This document shows, in pieces, positions 48,890-59,265 of a DNA stretch of 64,000 nucleotides. The notes under the pieces are model-generated. The model was not told the DNA's origin and did no database searches. It saw nothing but the letters and a program-made list of their open reading frames with translations. Location of the stretch: the sequence record SRR22947727_793; one strand, given 5' to 3'. A program made the position numbers and the translations under genes. Every line of letters begins with the position of its first letter. Position 1 is the first letter of the stretch.

Positions 48890-50107
48890 ATGAAAACGGC
48901 CGATTTAACATCGACTTATAGCGGCAATAACCACTATGCCCGCGGATCGAATCAAACCAAAGTGCGCGCTTATAATGAGCGTCTTGTGCTGACATTGATT
49001 CGACAAAACGGCCCGATGGCGAAAGCCGAGATCGCCCGCGCTACGGGTTTATCTGCGCAAACCGTTTCGGTGATCACCCGCGCGCTTGAAGCCGATAAAT
49101 TATTACAAAAAGAAACACCGATTCGAGGCAAAATTGGCCAGCCCTCTGTGCCAATGTCACTGAATAAAGAAGGCGCATTTTTTCTGGGGCTCAAAGTTGG
49201 GCGGCGCAGTTTGGATTTGGTTATCACTGATTTTACCGGCGCGATCCGCGCGCGGATCAACAAACGGCACAGTTATCCCTCACCCGCTGCTGTGATCGAA
49301 TTCACGCATATGGCAATCGAAAGGTTACTTAACAACCTCACCAATGAAGAGCGCGATCGCGTCGCGGGGCTTGGCATTGCCATTCCATTTCGCCTCTGGG
49401 AATGGGCGAAAGCATTGGGCCTTGACCCCAAAGATATGGAAGATTGGAAAACCGAAGATATTGCCGAAAAAATTTCACAGAAATGGGATTTTCCAATCTA
49501 TCTTCAAAACGATGCCTCCGCAGCCTGCGGCGCAGAGCTGGTTTTTGGCGCTCAAGACCGCCCGCGTGATTTTTTATATTTTTTCATTGGCTTTTTCATT
49601 GGCGGCGGTCTGGTTTTGGACGATTCGCTTTATACAGGCAAAACTGGAAATGCCGCTGCAATGGGCCCGTTGCCGATCCGCAAAAGCAATGGCACAACAA
49701 TCTCGTTTATGGATCTTGCCTCGCTTGTACGTTTAGAACAGGCCGTAATTGAAGCGGGCGGCATAGCGGAAACAATTTGGGAAAACACCCAGAATTGGGA
49801 TATTGATCCGGCGCTGGTTGACACATGGATCACTGCAACCGTATCGGCATTGGTTGAAGGGATTATCGCCGCCTCTTGTATCATAGATTTCGAATGCGTG
49901 ATGGTCGAAGGGTGGTTACCAGAGGATATTCGCGCGCGGATCGTGGCTGGCGTCAATGCAAAGCTCCAAGGCGTTGTTGCACCCGGGATCGACCTGCCCA
50001 CGGCCCGAGCAGGCACCATTGGCAGCGATGCAAGAGCTCTTGGTGGCGCCAGTTTGCCGCTGGCGGATCGCTTTCTTATAGACCGCCGTGGCTTTGTGAA
50101 TCACTGA
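48890..50107 (+). CDS. frcR: ROK-family transcriptional regulator
   Basis: N-terminal HTH (KAEIARATGLSAQTVS), QNDASAAC, FFIGGG; divergent from frcB. Confidence 0.85.
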   Translation: MKTADLTSTYSGNNHYARGSNQTKVRAYNERLVLTLIRQNGPMAKAEIARATGLSAQTVSVITRALEADKLLQKETPIRGKIGQPSVPMSLNKEGAFFLGLKVGRRSLDLVITDFTGAIRARINKRHSYPSPAAVIEFTHMAIERLLNNLTNEERDRVAGLGIAIPFRLWEWAKALGLDPKDMEDWKTEDIAEKISQKWDFPIYLQNDASAACGAELVFGAQDRPRDFLYFFIGFFIGGGLVLDDSLYTGKTGNAAAMGPLPIRKSNGTTISFMDLASLVRLEQAVIEAGGIAETIWENTQNWDIDPALVDTWITATVSALVEGIIAASCIIDFECVMVEGWLPEDIRARIVAGVNAKLQGVVAPGIDLPTARAGTIGSDARALGGASLPLADRFLIDRRGFVNH

Positions 50108-50305
50108 TACAACTGCTCTGAAAGCACCTGAGGCAAAGCAAACGCTTCTATAAGAGTTTTTACAGCACATGAGGTAACGCATAACCCAAACGGCGGGAAA
50201 GTATGCGGCATCGCGTAACCAGTTGCAGTAGCGGGCAGCGCTTATCTTCTGATGAATTCTAACCGATCTTTGGCAAAACCACCCAAGTAATAGAAACGCG
50301 GGCTT

Positions 50306-51046
50306 TCAAGCACCGCGCTTTGCATTATTGCTCAAGAAATCACGCAGTAAACTGTTGAACAAGTCGGGCTTTTCCAGATGCACAGCATGCGCACATCCCG
50401 GCACCACGGCCAGCTCTGCCTGCGATATCGAGCTCCAAAGCAAATGCGTTTGCTGCCAAGAATAGGTGCGATCTTGATCTCCCCAGAGAACCAAGGTGCG
50501 CAGATCAATCTCTTGCAACAACGCCGCGCCCGTCCAAGCTTCCATCGCCGTCAGGCCCGCTTGAATCGCCGCGAGCGAGCTTTTTTCCGCGATCTGCGCA
50601 CAGGGTTCATAGCCCTCAGCTGCGGCGCGCTGCAAAAACCACGTGGCAGAAATACGGCGGGCGGTGGCGGCGGCGCCCTCTTGCGCGGCGCGCGCCTTGC
50701 TGGTGGAAATGGTTTCAAAACGCCCCGGTAAAATGCCCACACTGCCGGTGCTATACAGCACAAGGCTTTCAATCCGCTGGGCGTCGCGGCGCAGCATTTC
50801 CTGCACCACCATCCCCCCCATCGAATGCCCCAAAAGATGATAGCGGGGCAGATTTAACCGATGCAGCTCGGCGATGGCCCAATCGGCAAACCCCTCAATA
50901 CGATCCAAAACAGGCAAATGCGCATTCTCGCCAAAACCAGGAAGATCCAGCGCAATAACCTCATAATCTTGCGACAAGGCCGCTTTTTGCCCGGCCCATT
51001 GCGCGCCCCCACCCATAAAGCCATGGACCAGAACCAGTGGGATCAC
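50306..51046 (-). CDS. Alpha/beta hydrolase
   Basis: LVHGF, DLPGFG, GHSMGG, WGDQD, AHAVHLE; GTGA overlap with the permease stop. Confidence 0.88.
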   Translation of the reverse strand: MIPLVLVHGFMGGGAQWAGQKAALSQDYEVIALDLPGFGENAHLPVLDRIEGFADWAIAELHRLNLPRYHLLGHSMGGMVVQEMLRRDAQRIESLVLYSTGSVGILPGRFETISTSKARAAQEGAAATARRISATWFLQRAAAEGYEPCAQIAEKSSLAAIQAGLTAMEAWTGAALLQEIDLRTLVLWGDQDRTYSWQQTHLLWSSISQAELAVVPGCAHAVHLEKPDLFNSLLRDFLSNNAKRGA

Positions 51047-52584
51047 TTGCGCTGCCCTTGCACGATACGGTCTAAAATCATGGCGCAAAATAAAATCGCA
51101 AACCCTGCCAAAATACCTTGGCCCACATTGGCATATTGCAAGGCTTCAAGCACGTCTTCGCCCAAACCTTTTGCACCAATCAGCGAAGCCACCACCACCA
51201 TCGCCAGAGAAAGCATGATCGTTTGATTAATTCCTGCGCGTATCGACGGGCTGGCAAGCGGTAAATCCACGCGCGTGAGCAAATACCATTTATTCGCACC
51301 GAAAGAAATCGCCGCTTCGCGCACGCTGTCGGGCACGCCGCGCAAGCCCAAAACGGTCAGGCGCACGACCGGCGTTCCTCCAAAAATCATCGTTGTGACC
51401 ACGGCGGCGGGCTTGCCAGTGCCAAAAAAGGCAATGACGGGAATCATAAACACGAAGGCCGGCATCGTTTGCATGAAATCCATAATCGGTTGGATAAAGG
51501 CATAGAAGCGGCGACGGCGGGCGCAAAACATCCCCAGAGGAATGCCAATTGCAATCGACAAACAGGCCGCCGTTCCCAATAAGGCCAAGGTTGTCATGGC
51601 TTTTTCCCAAAATCCCAACAGCCCCATATAAGATAGGAAGGCTCCCGACCAAACCGCCGTGCGGATACCCGCCGTCAACCATGTAAGAACAACGATGATC
51701 GCGGCAATCACGATCCAAGGGGTTTTCACGAAGATCAGCTCAAGCGCATCCAAGATCAACCGAATGCCATAGGTAATGAAATCAAATACAACATCGCCAT
51801 TGGCTACGCAAAAGGCAAAGAATGCCTCAACCCCCGCAATGCTCGAAAGGCGGTATTCTGGATCGGTTGGGAAATCGCTTAAAAACCCAAACCTGCCGGG
51901 CAAACTGTAATGCAGCATCGCCGCAGTGATGATCGCCACCACAAAAGCCGCGCTGAACAGAATTTGCGACACAGGTAGGCCAGAGCGCATGCTTCGATCT
52001 GAGACCCAATCGGAAAACCGCGCCTCTAAGGCCCAATTTGCAACGGTTAACTGCACAGCCTTTGTCACCAATAACAACCCAAGCCCCAGCAAGGCAATCG
52101 TCGCCCCCTGCTCAGACAGGGCCACGGCCTCAGCGCGAATATCGCCAATCGCAGCTTCAAGAGAATCCACCGTCCTTTGATACACCGCCACTTTTTCCGA
52201 GCCTGCCTCAATGGCCGCGGCCAACTGCTTGCGGCGCAGTTCCAGCGTGCCCTCGATCGAGGCGATGCGCACAAACGCATCCGCCGCAAGATCGCCAAAA
52301 AGACCCCGCGCGATTTGAACAAAAGCCAGCGTCTCCAAAATGAGAAACGGCAGCGCCCAGGACCATAGGCCCCGCGCACCAAACCATATCGGGCCAAACA
52401 GACCCGCCATAAGATTGGCCGTAGGCGTGAAATTTGCATTCTCGCCGATCCTATCAAATTGCGCGATGTAATAATCAGGATGCGTACGCACAAAGGTTCG
52501 AATATCCTCTCGGCGCTCGGCTGCAAAGGCCAGTGCAGCGTCTGATTGCGGTTGATCAAGGGGGTTTTGCACGGTTTCACTCAT
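51043..52584 (-). CDS. ProW-like betaine-family ABC permease with a long N-terminal extension
   Basis: DFMQTMPAFV, EAAISFGA, GINQTIMLSL; extra region of about 230 aa. Confidence 0.88.
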   Translation of the reverse strand: MSETVQNPLDQPQSDAALAFAAERREDIRTFVRTHPDYYIAQFDRIGENANFTPTANLMAGLFGPIWFGARGLWSWALPFLILETLAFVQIARGLFGDLAADAFVRIASIEGTLELRRKQLAAAIEAGSEKVAVYQRTVDSLEAAIGDIRAEAVALSEQGATIALLGLGLLLVTKAVQLTVANWALEARFSDWVSDRSMRSGLPVSQILFSAAFVVAIITAAMLHYSLPGRFGFLSDFPTDPEYRLSSIAGVEAFFAFCVANGDVVFDFITYGIRLILDALELIFVKTPWIVIAAIIVVLTWLTAGIRTAVWSGAFLSYMGLLGFWEKAMTTLALLGTAACLSIAIGIPLGMFCARRRRFYAFIQPIMDFMQTMPAFVFMIPVIAFFGTGKPAAVVTTMIFGGTPVVRLTVLGLRGVPDSVREAAISFGANKWYLLTRVDLPLASPSIRAGINQTIMLSLAMVVVASLIGAKGLGEDVLEALQYANVGQGILAGFAILFCAMILDRIVQGQRK

Positions 52585-53636
52585 GACATTTCGGTTCCTT
52601 CAACAACGGTGCGCAAGAGATCGGTACGAGAAATCACACCCACTGCCTTTTCGCCAGAATCCACAATGATCGGGCTGTCATTATCAATCGCAAGCGTGAT
52701 CAACGTGCTTAACGTTTCGTCCATTTGCACATGCGGAGCCTGCGCATCCAAGGGTCCATGGCTTTGCACATAAGCCTCAATAGGCTGCATCACCGCATGC
52801 GCATGCACCACTTTAAGCCTCGAAATCCCTGCGACAAAATCGGCGACATAGTCATCAACAGGATTCATCACAATCTCTTCTGCGGTGCCCGTTTGGATCA
52901 AGCGACCATCGCGCATGATCGCAATGCGATCGCCGATCCGCACCGCTTCATCCAGATCATGCGTGATAAACACGGTGGTCTTTTTTAAGGTTTTTGACAG
53001 GTGTATAAACTCATCCTGCAATTGGCGACGGATAAGCGGATCTAAGGCGCTGAACGGTTCATCCATCAAGAGCACATCTGGATTCGCCGCAAGCGCGCGC
53101 GCAAGGCCGACGCGCTGCTGCATACCGCCTGACAATTCATGCGCGTATTTCGAGCCCCAAGCCCCCAACTCGACAATATCTAAAATTGCGGCCGCCTGCC
53201 GCATGCGATCATTCTTACTGATATTTCGGATTTCCAGCGGCATCGCCACATTATCCAGCACCGACCGGTGCGGCATCAGGGCAAAATTCTGAAACACCAT
53301 ACCAATCTTTTGGTTTCGAAACCGTTGCAGCTCTTTCACACCAAGGCCCATCACATCCGTGCCTTCGATCAGAATTTGGCCATCGGTGGGCTCTAACAGC
53401 CGATTGAAATGGCGCACCAGCGTTGATTTTCCGCTGCCCGACAAGCCCATAATACAAAATATTTCGCCGCGATTTACCGAAAGGTTCACATCTGCAACCC
53501 CAACAACCGCGTTATACTCCGCGAGAACCTGCGCTTTGCTAAGACCTTTCTCGCGTATCGCGCGCAACGCATCTTGCGGCCGCTCTCCAAAAATTTTCCA
53601 GACATTGGAGATTTCAATGACCGTATCCATGCTCAT
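52581..53636 (-). CDS. ProV-like ABC ATP-binding protein with CBS tail
   Basis: GLSGSGKS, LSGGMQQR, MDEPFSALDP. Confidence 0.92.
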   Translation of the reverse strand: MSMDTVIEISNVWKIFGERPQDALRAIREKGLSKAQVLAEYNAVVGVADVNLSVNRGEIFCIMGLSGSGKSTLVRHFNRLLEPTDGQILIEGTDVMGLGVKELQRFRNQKIGMVFQNFALMPHRSVLDNVAMPLEIRNISKNDRMRQAAAILDIVELGAWGSKYAHELSGGMQQRVGLARALAANPDVLLMDEPFSALDPLIRRQLQDEFIHLSKTLKKTTVFITHDLDEAVRIGDRIAIMRDGRLIQTGTAEEIVMNPVDDYVADFVAGISRLKVVHAHAVMQPIEAYVQSHGPLDAQAPHVQMDETLSTLITLAIDNDSPIIVDSGEKAVGVISRTDLLRTVVEGTEMS

Positions 53637-53685
53637 CCTACGACATCGTTTCACAAATAGGGCGCACGGCCCGTTTAAATATAAA

Positions 53686-53714
53686 GGATGGCTTCAATCC
53701 GATTGAAGCCATCC
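53686..53714. other. Perfect 14-bp inverted repeat between the SBP and ATPase genes (RNA hairpin)
   Basis: GGATGGCTTCAATC-C-GATTGAAGCCATCC. Confidence 0.7.
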
Positions 53715-53737
53715 ATCTTAATGTTCAAGCCTGCCGT

Positions 53738-54700
53738 TTACAGACCAAGCCATGCGTCAACGCGATCAGGGTTCGCCTCTACCCACTCGCGGGCAACCTC
53801 TGCCGGATCGCGGCCATTACCACTAATTTCAAAGGCAAAGTTGCTCACATCATCAGCGGTTAACGCGAAGCGGCCAAAAAACTCAGCGATCGCTGGCGAG
53901 CGGCTCTCTAATGAATTTGACCAAGCGATCTGTACCTTTTTCAGCGCATCTTTGGTTGCAACGCTGGATTTCTCATACCAATCGGCATCGTCCGAGGGCT
54001 GTACCATGACGTATTTGGCCGGATCATATGTTGGCTCGCTTAACATTTTCACATCAAACATGAACCACACCGCATGCGGCTTATAGCAATAAAACGCATA
54101 GCCTTCACCCTTGGCGATCGAATCCTTGATGCGCGCGGTTTTCACGCTTTCTTCAGCGCGAATTGGCTCGATAAAATCAAGCAGCCCATAGTCGCGTGTT
54201 TTCACTTCATTCACATTGGCCGAGGCCCAGCCTGGCGCACCGATCCACATCTCGCCCTTGCCATTGCCATCGCTATCCATCAACGCCGCAACATCGGGGC
54301 GGCCAAGATCGGCGATATCGGTTATATTATTGGCTTCGGCGAACGCGCTGGAGACGCAGAACCCTTGATTGCCCTCATAGGGGTTGGAAGACAGCGTGAC
54401 AGAGCCGGCACCATCAACATATTTCTTTGTGAAGCTTTCTTGGTTGGGAAGCCATACATCAGGATGCACATCAATATCGCCTTTGCCCTGATCCATACCC
54501 TGGAAAATCGTGGCGTTATTACCCGGTACATATTCAACCGTACCGCCAATACGCATTTCAACGACGGCGCCCAAAAGATGGGCAATCGCCTGCGCCCCTG
54601 TCCAAGACGGCACACCGATTTTTACTTCTTCACCAGCGAAAGCCGGCACACTCATCGCGCTGAGCAATGAGGCTGTTATAAGTGATGTTCTGATTGACAT
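53738..54700 (-). CDS. ProX-like betaine-family substrate-binding protein
   Basis: Signal peptide; PSWTG, GDIDVHPDVWLP, GAPGW, YCYKPH, AREWVEAN. Confidence 0.88.
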   Translation of the reverse strand: MSIRTSLITASLLSAMSVPAFAGEEVKIGVPSWTGAQAIAHLLGAVVEMRIGGTVEYVPGNNATIFQGMDQGKGDIDVHPDVWLPNQESFTKKYVDGAGSVTLSSNPYEGNQGFCVSSAFAEANNITDIADLGRPDVAALMDSDGNGKGEMWIGAPGWASANVNEVKTRDYGLLDFIEPIRAEESVKTARIKDSIAKGEGYAFYCYKPHAVWFMFDVKMLSEPTYDPAKYVMVQPSDDADWYEKSSVATKDALKKVQIAWSNSLESRSPAIAEFFGRFALTADDVSNFAFEISGNGRDPAEVAREWVEANPDRVDAWLGL

Positions 54701-54729
54701 GTTTTTCTTCTCCTAGTTGGTTATGTTCT

Positions 54730-55782
54730 TTATGGTCTTTGAGTGTGAATATCCGGGAAGGTCATAGATTCTGGATACCCAAATAGGGCAGCAGTGCCAC
54801 CCGTATGCAGGAAAATAACGTTGTTCATTCCCGCGAAATAAACCTGCTTAACTAACGTGATCAAAACATCCAAACCTTTGCCCGAATATACGGGGTCGAA
54901 CAAAAGACCTTCAGTTTGCGCCAATAATTTAATCGATCTGACCATGCCATCACTGGGAAGTCCATACCCAGCGCCGACATAGCCACAATTTACATGCACA
55001 TCTTTACGGGCGATTTTGACACCGGTGCCAAGATGCTGCGCAGTGCGGTGTGCCAAGTTGAAAACCAATTGCTCTTGCTGGTCTTGGGCTGCGCGCACGC
55101 CGATGCCCAATAAATGAATATTGCTTTGAATGGCCGCCAATCCAACCAGCAAGCTAGCCTGCGTGCCTGCGCTATCTGTGGCATGCACCAACGCATCGAT
55201 TTCAAGACCAAAATCAGCAGCTTGCTCGGCCAATTCTCTGGCGCAATTCACATAGCCCAAAGCACCCACACAATCAGATCCGCCCGTCGGAATAATATAC
55301 GGTGTTTTCCCATCCTGGATCAGTTGATTGGCCAAACAGGCGATCTCAGCGCTTATATCAGCAGAAGGCTCAAATTTTGACACGCACGCCCCGTGCAAAT
55401 GGTTTAAAAGTGCATTGCCACTCAGCGCATAACTATCCTTGACCACGCCCGAGCGCTCTTCAAGCAAGATGTGGCAGCCCAGCCCAAGCTTGGCCGCGGC
55501 TGCCGCGGTTTGGCACGCATGATTTGATTGCATGGTGCCATGGGTCACAATAGTGTCTGCGCCTTGCGCTTGCGCATCCGCCATCGAAAACTCAAGTTTG
55601 CGGGTTTTATTGCCGCCAGATGACAAGCCCGTACAATCATCCCGTTTCACCCATAAGCGTGGCCCGCCCAATATCTCGCTTAGCCTGTCCAAAGGTTCAA
55701 GCGGAGTTGGCAAATGGCCAAGGCGTATTTTAGGAAACCGCGCCAAAGCCAAAGACAAGTCTTTGCACAAGCTTTGGGACAT
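54730..55782 (-). CDS. PLP enzyme of the D-cysteine desulfhydrase / L-cysteate sulfo-lyase (CuyA) family, possibly degenerate
   Basis: PTPL, KRDDCTG, GGNKTRKL, QSNH, DPVYSGK, FLHTGG; several normally conserved residues changed. Confidence 0.8.
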   Translation of the reverse strand: MSQSLCKDLSLALARFPKIRLGHLPTPLEPLDRLSEILGGPRLWVKRDDCTGLSSGGNKTRKLEFSMADAQAQGADTIVTHGTMQSNHACQTAAAAAKLGLGCHILLEERSGVVKDSYALSGNALLNHLHGACVSKFEPSADISAEIACLANQLIQDGKTPYIIPTGGSDCVGALGYVNCARELAEQAADFGLEIDALVHATDSAGTQASLLVGLAAIQSNIHLLGIGVRAAQDQQEQLVFNLAHRTAQHLGTGVKIARKDVHVNCGYVGAGYGLPSDGMVRSIKLLAQTEGLLFDPVYSGKGLDVLITLVKQVYFAGMNNVIFLHTGGTAALFGYPESMTFPDIHTQRP

Positions 55783-55949
55783 TTCCGTCGACAAAGGGCT
55801 ATTTCGAGCCAAAATTTGGGCAGCTTCGAACACACAGAACCTAAAATTGAAAATTTTCTATCCATAGCGTTGCAAATACCAAAACAGAAAAATAATGCTT
55901 TTTTCTACGGATGCTCATACATATTGTTTGAGCAAAAGGAGGTGATCTT

Positions 55950-56872
55950 GTGGATCTGCGATGGCTTGATGATGTTTTGATACTTTTAGAGGAAAAAAAC
56001 ATGACTCGCGCGGCAGCGCGGCGCAATATTACCCAACCCGCTTTTTCCGGCGTATTCGAGGCTTTGAAAATTGGCTGGGCATCGCCATTTTACAACGCGG
56101 AACCAATAAAATTGAAATAAGCCCCGCCCTTTTTTCTAACGAAAAGGAAATTCGGGCTTTGGTGCTGCGATTGCAAGATTTACGCAGCAAAATCGCCGAT
56201 TTCAATCCCGCCAGCTCGACCGTGTCGATTGTGGCACAACATGCACCGGTGTTTTCCACTTTTCCCGATATGGCGCTCCGCGCAAATCATGTTTTTCCAT
56301 CGCTTAAGTTTCGCTTGCAGACGGATAACCTGCGCGATTGCGTAACAATGTTTTTGCGCGGCGATACGCATATGTTGCTTTGCTATGAATCCAAAAATGC
56401 TGGTCCATTGCCCTTTGACGCATCCATCCGCCGCGGCCTGTGGGGGATAGATTATCTAGTGCCCGTTGTAGGTGGCAGGCTGCGCTATGCCGTGAAAGAT
56501 AGCGGTGAAATAGCGCCCGCAACGCCGGCAATCGTATATCCGGATAACAGTTATTTTGGCGAGGTTTTGAACGCAGGCGAGCGCCTGTTTGGCACGCGAA
56601 ATCACAGCAAGGATCCGGTTTGCGAAACCGCTTTTTCCAGCGGTATGAAAGAACTAACGTTAAAAGGTATCGGCGTGGGTTGGCTGCCCTACAGCATGGT
56701 GCACCGCGAATTGGAAACCGGCGATTTGATTTCGCTTGCAAACACATATGGCCAAGAGCCGCTTGAGGTTGCGATTTACGCGGATATCAAAGAGGAAATT
56801 GCCCTAGCCGTTTTACAGGTTTGGAGCAAAGCGCCGAATATCAGGGAAGAGCAAACCGCCCAAGCGCTTTGA
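55950..56872 (+). pseudogene. LysR-family regulator with a 1-nt frameshift near 56047
   Basis: AAGGAGG RBS and GTG 55950 give MDLRWLDDVLILLEEKNMTRAAARRNITQPAFS; RRIRGFENWLG continues in the -1 frame into ORF 56159-56872. Confidence 0.85.
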
Positions 56873-57069
56873 TAGGCGGGCAGCCATCCCCTTGATAAGG
56901 CTCGATCCAAATATGTACCCAAAACCGCAAAAAAGTAGCAAGGCCGCGCGCCAGCACAACGGGCAAATTCAACCTCTTTAAAAAACATAGGTCCAGACAT
57001 TTTAGCCAAGCCAACCCAAGCCGGCACTACTCCCAAAAGCGAGTGCCCAGCTGCTCTTTGCATTGTCTT

Positions 57070-59265
57070 TTAGGATTTAGCCCGGCGGGGAGGCTGCCCG
57101 GCATCATGCGCCGCGGCGCGGCGCGCTTTATTCTTTTTGCTATTGGGCTTGCCCACAGAAGGTGCCAAATTTTTACCGCCTTTGGGCTTGCCTGGCCCCC
57201 CCCCGCGCTTGGCATCATAGGGCCCAGAGGATTTACCGACGGTTTTTCCAGCTGTTTTATTACCCGGTTTGCCTGAGGGTTTGGCAGCAGGCTTGGCACC
57301 GCGGGCTTTGCGATCAACAACTGCCCCATCATCGCGGGCCCGTTCTAAGGGCGAACGCGGTTTTTCGAAACGGCGCGAGACGTTTAACGCGCCGGGTTTA
57401 CTGCCCGATTTTGCTCGCGATTTTGGTTGCGCCCCCCGATTTTGTACAACATTTTTTTGCGCCCCATCGCTTGGCATCGCGGGTTTAGCGGTCGCTTGCG
57501 GTGTTGCGTCATCCGGCTTGCCAGAAAAGGGCTGATGAGCTGTCTCTGCCTGCCCCTTATGCACCCCTTTGGGCTTGCCTGCTCGCCTGTCTTGCTTTGG
57601 AGCATCGCTTTTGAACGGGCCAGCCTCTGACTTGCGGCCTCGGGCCGGTTTCTGCGGCGGCTTGAAGGCAGGTTTGGGCCCTTTTGCAGCCGCTGGTACG
57701 TGGTTAAGCGCAGACACAACCAACCCCCCTTCGATTTTCATGTCAGCGCCCAGCGCCTGCGTGAAACCAGCGACCGCCTGTTGTGAAATTTCTACAAAAG
57801 TTTCATCATTTTGAATGCGGATCGCGCCAATATCTTCTTTCGTGATCTCGCCCGCATTGCATAAAATGGGCAAAAGACGGCGCACTTCAGCAGCTTGATT
57901 GCGGCCCTGATTGATTGAAAACCATTTTGAAGGGCCAAAGGATGCAGCAGGTTTTGCAGCGCGAGATTCGCCTGGGGATGAAAGCTCTTCGGGGGCTGAG
58001 ACGCGTTGATTATATAAACGTAGATAAGCCGCAGCGATCTGCTTAAGGTCAAATTTTTCGGCCAAGCGATCAACCATTTCTTCTTCACCCGCGGCAATCG
58101 GATCGTTCCACATCTGATCGGCAAGCAAGCGCTCTTGATCACGCTGGCGAACCGCCTCAGCCGAGGGGGCCTCACCCCATTCAGCTGCAAGTTTCGCACC
58201 TTGTAAAATGCGTTCCGCCTTGCGTCGCAATTTGGCCGTTACGATCAAACAGCTTTCGCCTTTTCGCCCGGCGCGCCCGGTGCGCCCCGACCGATGCAAC
58301 AAGGTTTCATGATTGTTGGGCAATTCCGCATGCACCACCAAATCCAAACCCGGCAAATCAATCCCGCGCGCCGCCACATCTGTGGCAACACAGACCCGCG
58401 CGCGGCCATCCCGCATCGCCTGCAATGCATGGCTCCGCTCGGCTTGTGACAACTCACCAGATAACGCCACGACTGAAAAATTTCGGTTGGACAGCCGCGT
58501 GGTGACGCGGTTGACCATGGCCCGCGTGTTGCAAAACACGATCGCATTGGGGGCTTCATAAAAGCGCAATATGTTGATGATTGCGTTTTCAGCATCATGA
58601 TTGGCAACCGTCATCGCATGATATTTGATATCATTATGCTGTTTGGTTTCAGCAACGGTGGTCACCCGCACCGCGTCGCGTTGATAGCTTTTCGCCAAAG
58701 TGGCGATTGCTTTGGGCACAGTTGCAGAAAACATAAGGGTGCGGCGATCATCGGGGGCTTCGCCCAGAATAAATTCAAGATCCTCGCGAAATCCCAAATC
58801 TAACATTTCATCGGCTTCGTCTAAAACCACCCCACGTACCGCCGATAAATCGATGCTGCCGCGCATAATATGATCGCGCAACCGACCCGGCGTGGCGACC
58901 ACAATATGCGCCCCGCGTCCTAAAGCCCGGCGTTCGTCGCGCATATCCATGCCGCCAACGCATGACGCCATCACAACCCCGGCAGGCGCATATAACCAGG
59001 CCAATTCGCGCTTCACTTGTAAGGCCAATTCCCGCGTGGGGGCGATGATTAACGCCAGCGGCGCCTCAGCGTTGCCAAAATTATCTTGCGCACCCAACAA
59101 GGTCTCGCCCAAAGCCAATCCAAAACCAACCGTCTTGCCCGATCCGGTTTGTGCCGAAACGAGAAGATCCGCATTATGCAAATCGGCTTCCGTCACGGCC
59201 TTTTGAACCGGTGTCAATGTCTCATACCCGCGTTGTGTCAGGGCATCTGCAAGGGCTTTTTTCAC
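57070..59265 (-). CDS. DEAD-box RNA helicase with DbpA-type RNA-binding domain and basic tail
   Basis: AQTGSGKT, PTRELA, TPGR, DEAD, SAT, ARGID, HRSGRTGRAG; probable GTG start at 59265. Confidence 0.93.
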   Translation of the reverse strand: MKKALADALTQRGYETLTPVQKAVTEADLHNADLLVSAQTGSGKTVGFGLALGETLLGAQDNFGNAEAPLALIIAPTRELALQVKRELAWLYAPAGVVMASCVGGMDMRDERRALGRGAHIVVATPGRLRDHIMRGSIDLSAVRGVVLDEADEMLDLGFREDLEFILGEAPDDRRTLMFSATVPKAIATLAKSYQRDAVRVTTVAETKQHNDIKYHAMTVANHDAENAIINILRFYEAPNAIVFCNTRAMVNRVTTRLSNRNFSVVALSGELSQAERSHALQAMRDGRARVCVATDVAARGIDLPGLDLVVHAELPNNHETLLHRSGRTGRAGRKGESCLIVTAKLRRKAERILQGAKLAAEWGEAPSAEAVRQRDQERLLADQMWNDPIAAGEEEMVDRLAEKFDLKQIAAAYLRLYNQRVSAPEELSSPGESRAAKPAASFGPSKWFSINQGRNQAAEVRRLLPILCNAGEITKEDIGAIRIQNDETFVEISQQAVAGFTQALGADMKIEGGLVVSALNHVPAAAKGPKPAFKPPQKPARGRKSEAGPFKSDAPKQDRRAGKPKGVHKGQAETAHQPFSGKPDDATPQATAKPAMPSDGAQKNVVQNRGAQPKSRAKSGSKPGALNVSRRFEKPRSPLERARDDGAVVDRKARGAKPAAKPSGKPGNKTAGKTVGKSSGPYDAKRGGGPGKPKGGKNLAPSVGKPNSKKNKARRAAAHDAGQPPRRAKS

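Noticed and set aside
56041..56050. Programmed -1 ribosomal frameshift in the LysR gene
   Set aside because: No canonical X XXY YYZ slippery heptamer with an obvious stimulatory structure, and no precedent I know of in LysR genes
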